Source: Zootoca vivipara
Lineage: Eukaryota
Direction of reading: 5' to 3'
NCBI RefSeq assembly: GCF_963506605.1
Contig: NC_083276.1
Span: 28,458,001-28,522,000 of the forward strand
Length of the DNA: 64,000 nucleotides
Each line of letters opens with the position of its first letter. Within the stretch, counting starts at the first letter, position 1. Below the pieces are notes generated by a model. It made no database searches. It was given only the letters and a program-made list of their open reading frames with translations, and was not told where the DNA came from. Of the stretch, positions 12,301 to 23,141 are shown one piece after another. The position numbers and the translations under genes were made by a program.

Positions 12301-15300
12301 CTGGAATTGGGAGCAAGCAGTGAGGTGGCCAAGTTGAGATTGACACAAAATTATTCAGTTTGGTGAAACCCAAGATTGTGAAGAGCTCCAAAAGAATCTC
12401 TACAAACTGGGTGAATGGACAACAGAATAGCAAGAGTGGTTCAAAGGAAATTGAGGGGAAAGATCCTAATTTCACATATTACACCAAGGAGATCTGAGAG
12501 CAGTGACTAACCAGAGAAGAAAGGCAGGGTTTGTGGTGGAGAGCTCAGTGAAACAGACGGAAGTCACCCCACGATGTTAAGGAAAAAGATTTGAAATTAA
12601 GAAATCTTAATTTGTATTGTTTTTATGTGGAATTGTTAGTGTTTATTGTGTTGTATTATGTTTTTATTTGTTTATGTTGTGTTATTATAAAATGAATAAA
12701 ACATTGGGGGGGAATAAGAGCGAGCTCATTGAAACAGCTACTTGCTCTGCAGCAGCTGTGAAAAAGATAAATTCCATTTTAGGAAATCTTAGGACATCTC
12801 AATTAAAAATATAATTGCTGGTACTATAATGCCTGCAACCGCACTTGGAATATTGTGTGTAGTTATGTTTGTCATACCTAAAAAATGATATTGAAATCCT
12901 GAAAATAGGTGCAGAAAGGGGCAACTAAAAGGGTCAGAGGCTGCAACAGCTCCCCTACAAGGAAGAGTACAGTGTCTGGGGATTCATAATTTATAAAAAC
13001 TGTGAGCAAGGGGAAATAAGTTTCATGGCCATAAAATTACACACAGCATGGGGGAAGGGGATAGAAAGTTGTTTTGTCTCCTTGTCTCATAATGCTAGAA
13101 GCCAGGGTCATTCAATAAAGCAGAGGTGAGGGAGATTCAGGACTAACATATGGAGGTACTTCTTCACACAGCACAAAGTGAAACTGGAATTCACTGACAT
13201 GATTTATGGTGATAGCCACATGGTTAGATGGCTTTAAAAAGGATTTTTTTAAAAAATATATATATTTATTGAATAGATTTTTCAAAACCAATCATCAACC
13301 AATATAGTCAATTACATTTCTCTCCCCCTCCAAAGACTTCCCTCAGCTCCCTTCTCTGATTTATTTATACATATTATTCTCTGCATGTTATAAAATTGTA
13401 CATATCATTACCTTATCTGTCATATGTTCTACTAATAAATTTGTGGAGGTTTTTTCAAAGCCTGCCAAGGAGTCAAATCCTTTTGTTGTCTTTTTAAGTA
13501 GTTTGTAAAAAGTTCCCATTGTGCCTTAAAGTATGATTGTCCTTCTCACATAGTTTGTGTGTTAGCTTTGCCAACTCCGCATAACTCATTAGTCTCTCTT
13601 GCCATTGTTCTTTCGTTGGGATTTCCTCGTTCTTCCATCTTTGTGCTAACAAGACTCTTGCCGCTGTACATTAATAAACTCTTTGTTTTCCTTGGCAGGT
13701 TTTGTCCTAAAATCCCTAACAAAAATGCTTCTGGATTTTTTACAAATGTCATTTTAAACATTTTTTCAATTCATTATATATCATCTCCCAAAACTTTTTG
13801 ACTTCTCTACATTCCCACCACATATACAAAGTACCTTCTTTTTCTTTACATTTCCAACATATATTTGATCTGATTTTATACATTTTGGCCATCTTCACTG
13901 GTGTTCTATCTATACAGCATTTTCGTATAGTTTTCCTTCAAAAGAGAACAATCTGTAAATCTCAGATCCACCTTCCACAATTTTCCCCAGTTCAAATTGT
14001 ATATTATGTCCTATATCTTGTGCCCATTTAATCATGACTGCTTTGACCTCTTCATCTTTTGTTTCTCATTCTAGCAGAATACTGTATGCTTTCTTCAGTA
14101 GCTTCCCATCTTCTTCTATAACCTTTTTCAAATCTAGAAATTGTGTAACTAAACCCTTTTTTGTTATCTTCCTTATACATCTCATTTAATTGTCTATAGT
14201 GCAGCCAACTCTGAACATGGTCTTTAATTTCATCATAATCTTTTAATTTCCATTTTCCTTCTTGATCTCTCAGTAACTCTCTATATATAGGCCACTTCCC
14301 CTTTTTGCCAAGTGGTTTGAGTAGCAATGCTTCAGTTGATGATATCCACCAAGGTGTTTTTTGTTCTATTAGATCAGGATTAGGCAACCTAAGGCCCGTG
14401 GGCCAGATGCGGCCCAATCGCCTTCTTAATCCGGCCCACGGACTGTCCGGGAATCAGTGTGTTTTAACCTGAGTAGAATGTGTGCTTTTATTTAAAATGC
14501 ATCTCTGGGTTATTTGTGGGGCATAGGAATTTGCTCATCCCCCCCCCCCCCAAAAAAAATATAGTCCAGCCCAACACATGGTCCCAACCCTCTGCTGGAC
14601 CCCTGGAGTCCCCACTTGCCTGTGGGTTTTTTGGGGGGGTGCCGAGCCCTGGCGCTCACTCCCGGAGCCCTGACAGCCTGGACCGTGTCATCTTTCATTC
14701 AGATGACACGGAGCGCACCGCCATTCTGCTCTGCAGCAGACTGAAAGTGGATGGCTTTAAAAAGGAATTAGGCAAATTCCTAGAAGATGAGGATATCACT
14801 GTCCACAGGTCATGATGGCAATACACTTCTTATGCCTCTGAATTCCAGTTTTGAGGAAACAACCAGAGGAGAGGTTTGTCCCGCTTGTTTCCAGCTACCC
14901 ACTCTGAGAAACAGTTTGTTGGGCTAGATGGATCTTTGACCTGAGTTAGATTCATGGAATTGTAGAGTTGGAAGGGACCACAAGGGTCATCTAGTCTAAC
15001 CCCCTGCAATGCAGGGATCTTTTGCCCAATGTGGGGTGTGAACCCACAACCCTGATATTATTTTTTTAAAGATAATTTTTATTAGATTTTCCAAAAAAAC
15101 AAAAAACAACAAAACAAAAACAATTACATTCCATCTTAGTTTCCCCCTCTCAGTTCCTTACGCTCTGCCGAGCTGTGGCTTCCCTCCCGCCCGCCATTCG
15201 ACTTTGTTTCTCACTCTTATCTCGCAGTTCCTTTTTACAAACATATATAGATTAAGTTCGTAGGATTTATTTCAGTCCCGCCAGTGTCCTTAAACTTCTA

Positions 15301-18300
15301 CAGCTGCACAACCCTGATATTAAAGAGTCATGTTCTAGCAACTGAGCTATGTTTCCCCTGGTTAGATTGTCTAGTGACATTCTAGTTTTTTTTTTCCTTT
15401 CCCTATAGCTTGTGGCTAAACTTGCTTGCTTGAAAAGTCTGGCGCCATCTATTCTGTAGACACCTTGGCATGGTAAACCTTGTTCATTCATTCCTGATAG
15501 CTACTTGAGCAATGTGATGGTGTTTATAAAAGCCATGAATATTCTTTGGGCTACTATTTGCTGAAGAAACTTTCAGTGCTACCAATGAGGATTATGTAAA
15601 TTAAACTCATTGGATACGGATGGAAGTTCCCATTTTGAAGAGTTGGACTGGATAAACTGACCTACATCTTCCCAAAAAGTTTGTTATCTGAAGTTTAAAT
15701 ATTCAGCTCCTGTTGCCAAAATTGCTGACAGCCTCTCTCTTAGTTTTAGCTTTCCAGAAGATGCAGCTTGAATGAACATGACAATTGCTGGGGGAAAACA
15801 TTTCACTGTTTTGTTGACACTTCCTGTTTGACGGTTCATGGCTACTCAGCTACTGTGTTTCATAATGGGAATGAATCCCCGCCTCTCATTGGGGGTGGGA
15901 ATCTAAACTCTCTTTACCTCTTCTCTGTTCAGATGACCGTGAAGGAGCAACAAGAATGGAAAATTCCTCCTTGCATTTCAAACTGGAAAAATGCTAAGGT
16001 AATTAACTTGTCATAACGTCAAACTGTAATGTTGCATCCTGCTGGGGAAACTCCTTAAAAATGATCTGCAGTCTGAATGATACTTTAAAGCATCCAGAGC
16101 TGAGTAAACCAGCTGTGTTCAGAAAGAAGGTTGCAGTGATATGGCTTGACTCTTCTCTGCCTTTTATCTTAAAACTGCCAAGATGACAAGGGCAAACAAT
16201 ATGCTAGATAGTAAATGGCTGTTTTACAGTGATCAACTGTGCTTAGGGAAAGGAAAGTATTTAAAATTCCCTCATACTGCTGTTTGCAGGGTATGAAACC
16301 AATTTGCCCTGATGCTCTCAAGCCTTTACCAAAAAAGGATATATTCTTGCAGTAGCATCTATTTATCCAAGTCATTGGAAGTGTTGGACTTGAATCAGAA
16401 AGAATTAGATTCAAATCCCCAATCAGTCATTTACCCTATATGATTACCTTGGGCCAGTTGTGTACACTCAGGCTAACATACTTCAGCAGACTCTTGCTAT
16501 AGACTGGGGTAATCATATATACACAATGGAGGAGGAGCAGGATACAAATGGGAGGAATTATATAAAATTATTTATTGGTTCACATTTATGGTATTTATGG
16601 TAACTAGCTTCCATTGCAGGCAGTGTGTATATGTACCACCTTCTGTGTCTACCAACTAAGATCTATGACAGGCATAGGCAATCTTGGCTCTCCAGATGTT
16701 TTGGAACTACAACTCCCATGATCCCTAGCTAACAGGGCCAGTGATCAGGGATCATGGGAGTTGTAGTTCCAAAACATCTGGAGAGCCAAGGTTGCCTATG
16801 CCTGGTCTATGATGTTGCTAGAGAAAGCTTGTGCCACAATAAATTGGTTATTCTTCAGTTGCCTCAGCTGCCTTTGTATCTCTCCTATACTCTGAGCTAT
16901 TTTTCTCTTTTGCAAAGGCCCTTTGTTGTCCTGTTCAGAGAACAATGACACTGACAGTTCAGTGCTTGCAAGAAGAGAGACTAGTGATGAATTCCTGTGG
17001 TGTTTAGGATAATCCTCCTTGTTATTAAAACTTCTGTGGCAGGTCTTACTAAGAGAATATCACATTGAGGCCACTGAATATGTCATAGGTGCAGGTGTTT
17101 CTTTGATTCTTTTAATAAAACTTTAGTTTGTAGAAACGTAATTAATCTTCCCAGCAACTTAAACATGTTTGGTGCTACTTTGGTGCTGCTTTTATTTGGA
17201 ATGCTATTCCCATTGTTAAATAAACATGCTCAGGGTTGCAGCTTCAGTCAGATACTTGGTGGTGGTGGTACTAATCACTCCTTCATTTCTTGGGATTCTT
17301 CAGTATACAACAAATAGTAAAAAGGGAAAATGTGTTGCATGGATAGAATCGAGGATGTTTTAAAAACCATTTTAAATCTTGAAACTGAGGGAATTGTATT
17401 ACTTTAACTAATGCCATAAACAGGGGCTTGGTGTATGGAGGATTAAAAAAGTAGGAACCAAACAATGCAACTACTTACATAGCTGCACCTAGAGCAAATG
17501 AACTACCCTGAGACCTTCGGGTATAGGGCAGTATAGAAATTAATGAATTAATATTAAATTACAAATAAGGATTTGGGGCAGCTTCTTGGCATGCCATGTC
17601 TTTTCCTTAGTGATCAACTGTCTTGTCTGTTTTTCCTCCAGGGTTACACCATTCCATTAGACAAGCGTCTGGCTGCGGATGGCAGAGGACTGCAGACTGT
17701 CCACATTAATGAAAACTTTGCCAAGTTGGCTGAGGCTCTCTACATTGCTGACAGGAAGGTCAGGCTATAGTTGCTTCTCTGCAGTGCATCTTTCTGAGTA
17801 ATTTCTTTCCACAGAATAAATTTGAGCAGCATTGCAACTTTTAACCGGTTGCTTGGAAACGGCTTTGTGTCAGTAGTGTAGCATGGCTTCTACACTGTTC
17901 TTCTAGCCCTCGTCTAGTTTCTTGAATGGCCCAAAGCAGCTGGCTGTTTCCAGTTCTGGACTGCACATCCTGTTTTATATTACAACTCAAAAGCATAAAA
18001 ACTAGGTCTTCTTGTTCTCTCCTTACCATCTGACTGTGCTCTGAATCTTGTGCAGGCTCGAGAGGCTGTGGAGATGCGAGCCCAGGTGGAGCGGAAGATG
18101 GCCCAGAAGGAGAAAGAGAAGCATGAGGAGAAGCTCCGGGAAATGGCCCAGAAGGCCAGGGAGCGAAGGGCGGGGATCAAAACCCATGTGGAGAAAGGTA
18201 CATCCCATCCTCCTGTGGTTTTCATAAAATATTCCCAAGAGGGTTCTGTGTACTGACCTTATCAGGAAGACTGCACTACATGCCATTACAAGAAGGGTGG

Positions 18301-21300
18301 CTTCATTCTGGAGGCCTCTACATGCATAGTGTTCCTCATACAAAAATAATGCAGCTCATTTCTATGCATATTTATGTGGAAGTAAGTTCTCCTTCATTGA
18401 GTGGTGTTCACTTCCAAGTAGGTGTGCATAGAATTGTAGTTTAAGTGGCTTCTTGTTAATGGCATGTAACCTTTAGATGAAAACTCGGGAAAGTTGTTGG
18501 GCCAGAAAAAAAACTAAGTATTTCGTGAACAAGTGTAAAATGTTAGGAGATCCTTCAACTTCTGAGTACTTAGTCCACCATCCACTGTGTTCTTCATAGC
18601 TGCAAGTTCAGCTTCCACTATGTTGCTGTTAACTCACATAAGAGATGGCTGCATCTAATTTTGAATTTCAAATGTATCTGTGCAGAGGACGGAGAAGCTA
18701 GAGAACGTGATGAAATCAGACATGACAGACGAAAAGAGAGACAGCATGACCGGAATCTTTCCAGAGCAGCCCCTGACAAAAGGTAAAGTTGTTCATCTAA
18801 TAATAACTGGGCAGTATACTACTTGATCAAGGTAAATTGATTCTAACCCAACAAATTAGCATTCATTTGGTTGTTCTTTTGTACTACGTTACTGTTGTTA
18901 TTCCATAAATTTTATATACCACTTCATTGGAGAAAACCTCAAAGCAATTTACAAGATTCGGAAATGTACATACCTGTAGTGCACTGATTTCTGGTGTGCT
19001 ATGGCACACTATTATGTTAAGAAGAGTAGTTTGTGTTGATTTTTGTGCTTCTATGTATTAAGTGCTTGTGTGTTCTTCTGCATAGCATTAGTTGAGGCTC
19101 TGTATAGCACTAGTTCCTTAGTTTCTCTCTATCAGCCCCAAAGGAGGGACCAAGGATGTATTATGATGGGATCTGCATCTGATGGGAACAAGATTCTGGT
19201 AGGTAGCCGTGTTGGTCTGATGCAGTTGAAATATTTTTTTAAAAATAAAAATTGTCCAGTAGCACCTTAGAGACAAGAACAAACCTAGTTGGTCTCTAAG
19301 GTGCTACTGGACAATTTTTTTATATATTTTTGATGGGAACAAGTTGACTTTGAGGATTAGCATGGAGAACATTAAACCGTTAGACAATCTATGGCCTTTT
19401 AAAATGTGGGGAGGGGTTATGGTTTTGTTTATTATTAAGATATTTATTGTTGTTTTTATACTGTAAACCACCCAGTAATCCTTGGAGGAAGAGAGGTATA
19501 TAAATTTAATAAATAATAATACCACCATGATCTTGCTTTTGATGGTCAGACAGGAGAGTGATACTGTAGAATGCAATATTTACCCTTAGGCAATAATGAT
19601 GCCTGTATAAAGGCTTGAACGTGGCAGGTCCTCCTGTGCCCATCATGTAGTTTACTTTTAGGCTGCACACTTTGTGCCAGCCGGACTAGCTGTCTATTGT
19701 ATTTTGAGAACCATATTTCTTTGCAGGCTGGATTGATTTTTAAATCACCCAGAAAAAACATAAATGGAATAAATTTGCATCTGAAGATTTAAATTGTTTC
19801 AAATCATTTCCCTTGCTTTAATTTATGCACTTCCTGAGCAAGCATATATGTGAGCTAGCTGCTAGAATAACTAACACACAATTGTGTTAAGTAGCAATTA
19901 ATAAGAGCCTTATACAATATATTCCACAACTTCTATGCAGCCCAGTTCTTTTGCGTAGCAGAATTATACCTGTTTTGGCCCTTTCTGTATTACCTGCAAA
20001 AACACTAAGCAAGATAACTTCCTGGAAGTTGAATGCCAGAATCCAAAGACGCTCAGAACTTGTTCCTAGCGACTTAAGAGGACTTTAGGTTTGTTTCTCC
20101 TGAAAGAACACTCCCCTTGCTGTTGCCCAGGCCTGTATGGCAAGCTATTTTTTGAAGTTGAGAGTTTCAAAAACAGGTTGTCATGGTGTGAAGTCAGCTT
20201 TATGAAGATGGGAAAATGCAAAGGAACCACTGGGTAGTTCAAATGTCATTCATGACTAAGTTATTCCTGTGTTCAAGCAAATCAGCACTGCTTCCTCAAA
20301 GTATGTATACCCCGCCCCCCAATAACTGCAAAACTCTCACTCCGACTTCCAACATCTTTATTCTGAATAGGCAGACTCCTCACATGGAAGTTTTAATGGT
20401 TGATATTTTTGCAACATAACCAGTATGCAATGTTGTTAACTCAGGTCGAAGTTGCAAAGGAATGAGAACAGAGATATTAGTGAAGTCATTGCCTTGGGTG
20501 TTCCTAACCCTCGGACATCCAGTGAGATCCAGTATGACCAAAGGCTCTTCAACCAGAGTAAGGTAAGTAATGCCATCCATTGCTCTGGAAAGTTATCACG
20601 ACGTTTGTTCAGAGACAATTGCCATGTATATGGCCAGATGTACAGCATTAAAAAGATAGGTACGACATAAAATAAAAATACCCTAAGTCAGGCATCCCCA
20701 AACTGCAGCCCTCCAGATGTTTTGGCCTAGTAACTCCCATGATCCCTAGCTAACAGGACACGTGGTCAGGGATGATGGGAATTGTAGTCCAAAACATCTG
20801 GAGGGTCGAAGGTTGGGGATGCCTGCCCTAAGCCATGTCAGCCAATTGACTGAACAAGCCATATTTTATCTTCTCATTTTCCAAATAGCTCACTGTGTAG
20901 TAGATCTGACAAGAGTTATTTGAGCTGTTCGTAAAATTTGTTCATAATTTCCAGCAATTCTAGTTTAAAGTACTCAGATGACAACAACTAGGAACCTGTA
21001 ACTAGTGTGTGTTGCAGGTTATACATTTGTTGTGGAAAATATAAGGCTGGTGGGGAGTGGGTAGGAAATAAATTGGACTCTGAAGACACATGTCCTCAAT
21101 ATTATTTTTGTAATGAAGTGGAAGCTACCAAGCACTCTACTGTTGCGTCCCAGACCTAGAGAGACCACAAGAAGGCCTATTATGCAAGCACCACATCCCA
21201 GAATGGGGTAGCTCTATCCTAGAACACGTTGAGTGAAGGAAAGCAAACTCTGCACTTCCTCCGGATGATACAATTAAACAGCTTCATTTCCTCTACAGCA

Positions 21301-22582
21301 CTAGATTCTAAAACCAACCCTTGCCTTTCAGTTGTTAAGAATTCAACATGTAAATTAGGGGTAGGTAACCTATGGCCCTCAGGAAAATTTTATGCAGTAA
21401 TGATTTTTAAAACCATCTGCAAGTGATCAGTTCAAACCTCTGGCATACAATAATCTGCCCACCCCCACAACCTGCTAGGTTGAGGAGGCAGCAGAAAGAG
21501 ATGAAGAGTACCCCCCCCCTTTTTGGCTCTGACACATCATCATCATCATCCTACCAAATTACCCCTAAAGTAGGTAATGTGGCCCTCAACAGGAAAAATT
21601 GGTGCCCACTCCAGTATAATTTAATACAAAATAAGCCACCTCTAAATATAACTTAATATACCACCAAAGCCCCTCAATGAGCAGTGGTTAGAAAACTATG
21701 GGTAGGTTAAAGGTAAAATGCATTGCACTATCCTGCTACAGTAGATTGCCTTCATTATGGGTAAATTTAGCATTCACTATAATAGTGTTTCAAAGCATGC
21801 AGCACTTCTGTTTAGTGGAGAAGAGTGGCCTCAGATACCACTGTGGTTGGAGGCCAAACCTGAACCTGGTATCCCAAGCCATTGAGAACAAAGTTTCTCC
21901 TTTCATCTGAATAGTTCTATCCTTTTCTCTTACGTTAGTATGCAACAAAGTTGGGACTTGTTGGTTTTATGGGTAATTTCTGTTCTCCCAGAGAATGCTG
22001 TATTTTGACTCTGAACAGCAATCTACCTAATGCAGTTAGGTAGGTTTTCGGAGCAGTATTGATGACTTCTAAGGGAACGTGTTTTTGGACATTGTGCTTG
22101 TTAGTATCCAACTAATATAGATGGTTTTGGTGTTCTGCTAGGGTATGGACAGTGGCTTTGCTGGAGGAGAAGATGAAATTTACAATGTCTATGACCAGCC
22201 CTGGAGAAGTGGTAAAGACATGGCCCAGAACATCTACAGACCTAGTAAAAATGTGGATAAGGACGTGTATGGTGATGATTTGGAGGCACGAATAAAAACT
22301 ACTAACAGGTATGGAAATTTCAAGTATTTCCAATTGTATTTTTACTACTAGAACACTAGATTTACTACTTTCTTTTGGTCTTGCAGGTTTGTTCCTGATA
22401 AGGAATTTTCTGGCTCAGACCGCAGGCAAAGAGGTCGAGAAGGACCAGTTCAGTTTGAGGAGGATCCTTTTGGTCTAGACAAATTCTTGGAGGAAGCCAA
22501 ACAGCATGGGGGCTCAAAAAGGCCTGATAGTAGCCGCCCTAAAGAACATGAGCATGAAGGCAAGAAGAGAAGGAAAGAGTAA
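3361..22582 (+). CDS. SNW1: SNW domain-containing protein 1 (SKIP/NCoA-62), complete 14-exon CDS, 536 aa
   Basis: Exons 3361-3374, 6328-6481, 6960-7121, 10829-10924, 11006-11112, 11728-11832, 11924-11993, 15933-15998, 17642-17758, 18056-18197, 18686-18782, 20445-20562, 22142-22308, 22387-22582. All introns GT-AG; total 1611 nt in frame. Reads MALTSFLPAPTQLSQDQLE...KIPPCISNWKNAKGYTIPLDKRL...HEGKKRRKE*. Confidence 0.98.
4606..4893 (+). mobile_element. tRNA-derived SINE with CR1 tail, containing a hAT MITE (4714-4849)
   Basis: cagctcagtt...caaggttgcaagtttcatcccc...cctgcattgcaggg...cccttccaactctac. Confidence 0.7.
5266..5772 (+). mobile_element. hAT MITE (second family) hosting a Tigger-like MITE
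   Basis: caggggtaggccacctaaggccc...; sister copy at about 14375-14580. Confidence 0.75.
5382..5667. mobile_element. Tigger/pogo-like MITE
   Basis: TA|CAGTGGTACCTCGCAAGAC ... GTCTTGCGAGGCACCACTG|TA. Confidence 0.88.
5876..6011. mobile_element. Palindromic hAT MITE
   Basis: TSD TTTTAAAC / CTTTAAAC. Confidence 0.88.
6328..6481 (+). CDS. SNW1: SNW1 exon 2
   Basis: FLPAPTQLSQDQLELEERARSQ...GWIPRMLE; ag/gt boundaries. Confidence 0.97.
6960..7121 (+). CDS. SNW1: SNW1 exon 3
   Basis: DFGDGGAFPEIHVAQYPLDMG...ARQGQSKDK. Confidence 0.97.
7614..7750. mobile_element. Palindromic hAT MITE
   Basis: TSD TCCTTTAG / TCCTTAAG. Confidence 0.88.
9864..10159. mobile_element. Tigger/pogo-like MITE
   Basis: Perfect 21-bp TIR CAGTGGGACCTCGACTTACGA; TA TSD. 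Confidence 0.9.
10829..10924 (+). CDS. SNW1: SNW1 exon 4
   Basis: VIYSKYTDLVPKEVMNVDDPDLQRPDEEAVRE. Confidence 0.97.
11006..11112 (+). CDS. SNW1: SNW1 exon 5
   Basis: LTEKTRAALEKSVSQKIAAAMPVRAADKLAPAQYIR. Confidence 0.97.
11728..11832 (+). CDS. SNW1: SNW1 exon 6
   Basis: YTPSQQGVAFNSGAKQRVIRMVEMQKDPMEPPRFK. Confidence 0.97.
11924..11993 (+). CDS. SNW1: SNW1 exon 7
   Basis: INKKIPRGPPSPPAPVMHSPSRK. Confidence 0.97.
12300..14945 (+). mobile_element. Old CR1 3' region (12300-13243 and 14750-14945), interrupted by the L1
   Basis: Degenerate CR1 RT 3' sequence (cacttggaatattgtgtg, tacttcttcacacagc, gatggctttaaaaagg). Confidence 0.7.
13244..14749 (-). mobile_element. L1 relic (ORF2 3' end plus putative 5'UTR, middle missing) inserted in CR1
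   Basis: 17-bp TSD GATGGCTTTAAAAAGGA (13227-13243 and 14750-14766); ORF2 C-terminal peptides FVKNPEAFLLGI and WLHYRQLNE. Confidence 0.85.
14950..15352 (-). mobile_element. tRNA-Lys-derived SINE with CR1 tail, split by an L1 fragment
   Basis: Minus strand tagctcagttgctagaacatgactct...cagggttgtgggttcacaccccac, then CR1 tail cctgcattgcagggggtt. Confidence 0.75.
15061..15306 (-). mobile_element. Short L1-like 3' fragment inserted in a SINE
   Basis: T-rich tail on plus; 16-bp TSD CACAACCCTGATATTA (15045-15060 and 15307-15322). Confidence 0.75.
15933..15998 (+). CDS. SNW1: SNW1 exon 8 (SNW motif)
   Basis: MTVKEQQEWKIPPCISNWKNAK. Confidence 0.97.
16669..16804. mobile_element. Palindromic hAT MITE
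   Basis: CAGGCATAGGCAA TIR; TSD ATCTATGA / GTCTATGA. Confidence 0.88.
17642..17758 (+). CDS. SNW1: SNW1 exon 9
   Basis: GYTIPLDKRLAADGRGLQTVHINENFAKLAEALYIADRK. Confidence 0.97.
18056..18197 (+). CDS. SNW1: SNW1 exon 10
   Basis: AREAVEMRAQVERKMAQKEKEKHEEKLRE...KTHVEK. Confidence 0.97.
18686..18782 (+). CDS. SNW1: SNW1 exon 11
   Basis: EDGEARERDEIRHDRRKERQHDRNLSRAAPDKR. Confidence 0.97.
19193..19330. mobile_element. Penelope-like inverted pLTR fragment (related subfamily, no hammerhead core) in SNW1 intron 11
   Basis: ggtaggtagccgtgttggtctg...cagtagcacctta motifs, inverted arms, 13-bp TSD TGATGGGAACAAG (19180-19192 and 19331-19343). Confidence 0.8.
20445..20562 (+). CDS. SNW1: SNW1 exon 12
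   Basis: SKLQRNENRDISEVIALGVPNPRTSSEIQYDQRLFNQSK. Confidence 0.97.
20689..20825. mobile_element. Palindromic hAT MITE
   Basis: TSD CCCTAAGT / CCCTAAGC. Confidence 0.88.
22142..22308 (+). CDS. SNW1: SNW1 exon 13
   Basis: GMDSGFAGGEDEIYNVYDQPWR...LEARIKTTNR. Confidence 0.97.
22387..22582 (+). CDS. SNW1: SNW1 exon 14 (stop)
   Basis: FVPDKEFSGSDRRQRGREGPVQFEEDPFGLDKFLEEAKQHGG...KKRRKE*. Confidence 0.97.
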
Positions 22583-23029
22583 GGAATTGGTTTCAAGCAT
22601 TTCAAACAAGACTGCAGGAGATTGTCTAAACCACCTGACAGTTCCTCTATAGTGGATATAGGCACCCAGCTAAAGAGACACTTTTGCCCAAGGAACAGAG
22701 AAAGTCAGGAAAAACTGGACCACTGAATTTTAGGTTTTGTGTTTGGGGCTCTAGCTGTATGCTGCCCCTTTGTTTTTACACAGGTGGAGCTCTGTTCTCT
22801 TAAGGTCAGAATAAGCTGCCTGGTGTATATGGAGTTCTTAGTTAAAGCTGCTTATTCCATCTGATAATACTCCCCCTTGTACATAGTTTGCCCTGCTTCT
22901 GCTACACATGTGAGAGAGGGGAGAAAGTGTATTGTGGTTCATTTGGTCTGCTGTGATTGTATAGTTCATTCATCTTAAGACTAAGAGAAACAGCTGGATT
23001 CATTTAACTGAGATGAATACATATCCAAG

Positions 23030-23035
23030 TTTATT
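23030..23035 (-). terminator. Probable SLIRP polyadenylation signal AATAAA
   Basis: TTTATT on the plus strand, 40 nt past the SLIRP stop. Confidence 0.65.
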
Positions 23036-23058
23036 TTAGTTTCTTTATACAGCAGTGA

Positions 23059-23064
23059 AATAAA
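23059..23064 (+). terminator. Probable SNW1 polyadenylation signal AATAAA
   Basis: First AATAAA I found after the SNW1 stop, followed by U/GU-rich sequence. Confidence 0.7.
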
Positions 23065-23075
23065 GTCTCCTTCCT

Positions 23076-23141
23076 TTAACTGATGTCAGCGGTTCTTCTG
23101 TTTGAAATGTGGCCTTTGCTTTTCTGACGTTTCACTTCAAG
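23076..23141 (-). CDS. SLIRP: SLIRP exon 4 (stop)
   Basis: tgtttgttcaatctttcag|[21 protein letters not shown]; phase 0 matches exon 3; supplies the final RRM strand. Confidence 0.82.
   Translation of the reverse strand, partial: LEVKRQKSKGHISNRRTADIS

Noticed and set aside
15040-15352. tRNA-Lys gene
   Set aside because: Degenerate, interrupted and fused to a CR1 tail, so it is a SINE head.
16815-16870. Old Penelope pLTR relic (gaaagcttgtgccacaataaattggtta)
   Set aside because: Too decayed; no CUGANGA core or TSD can be supported.
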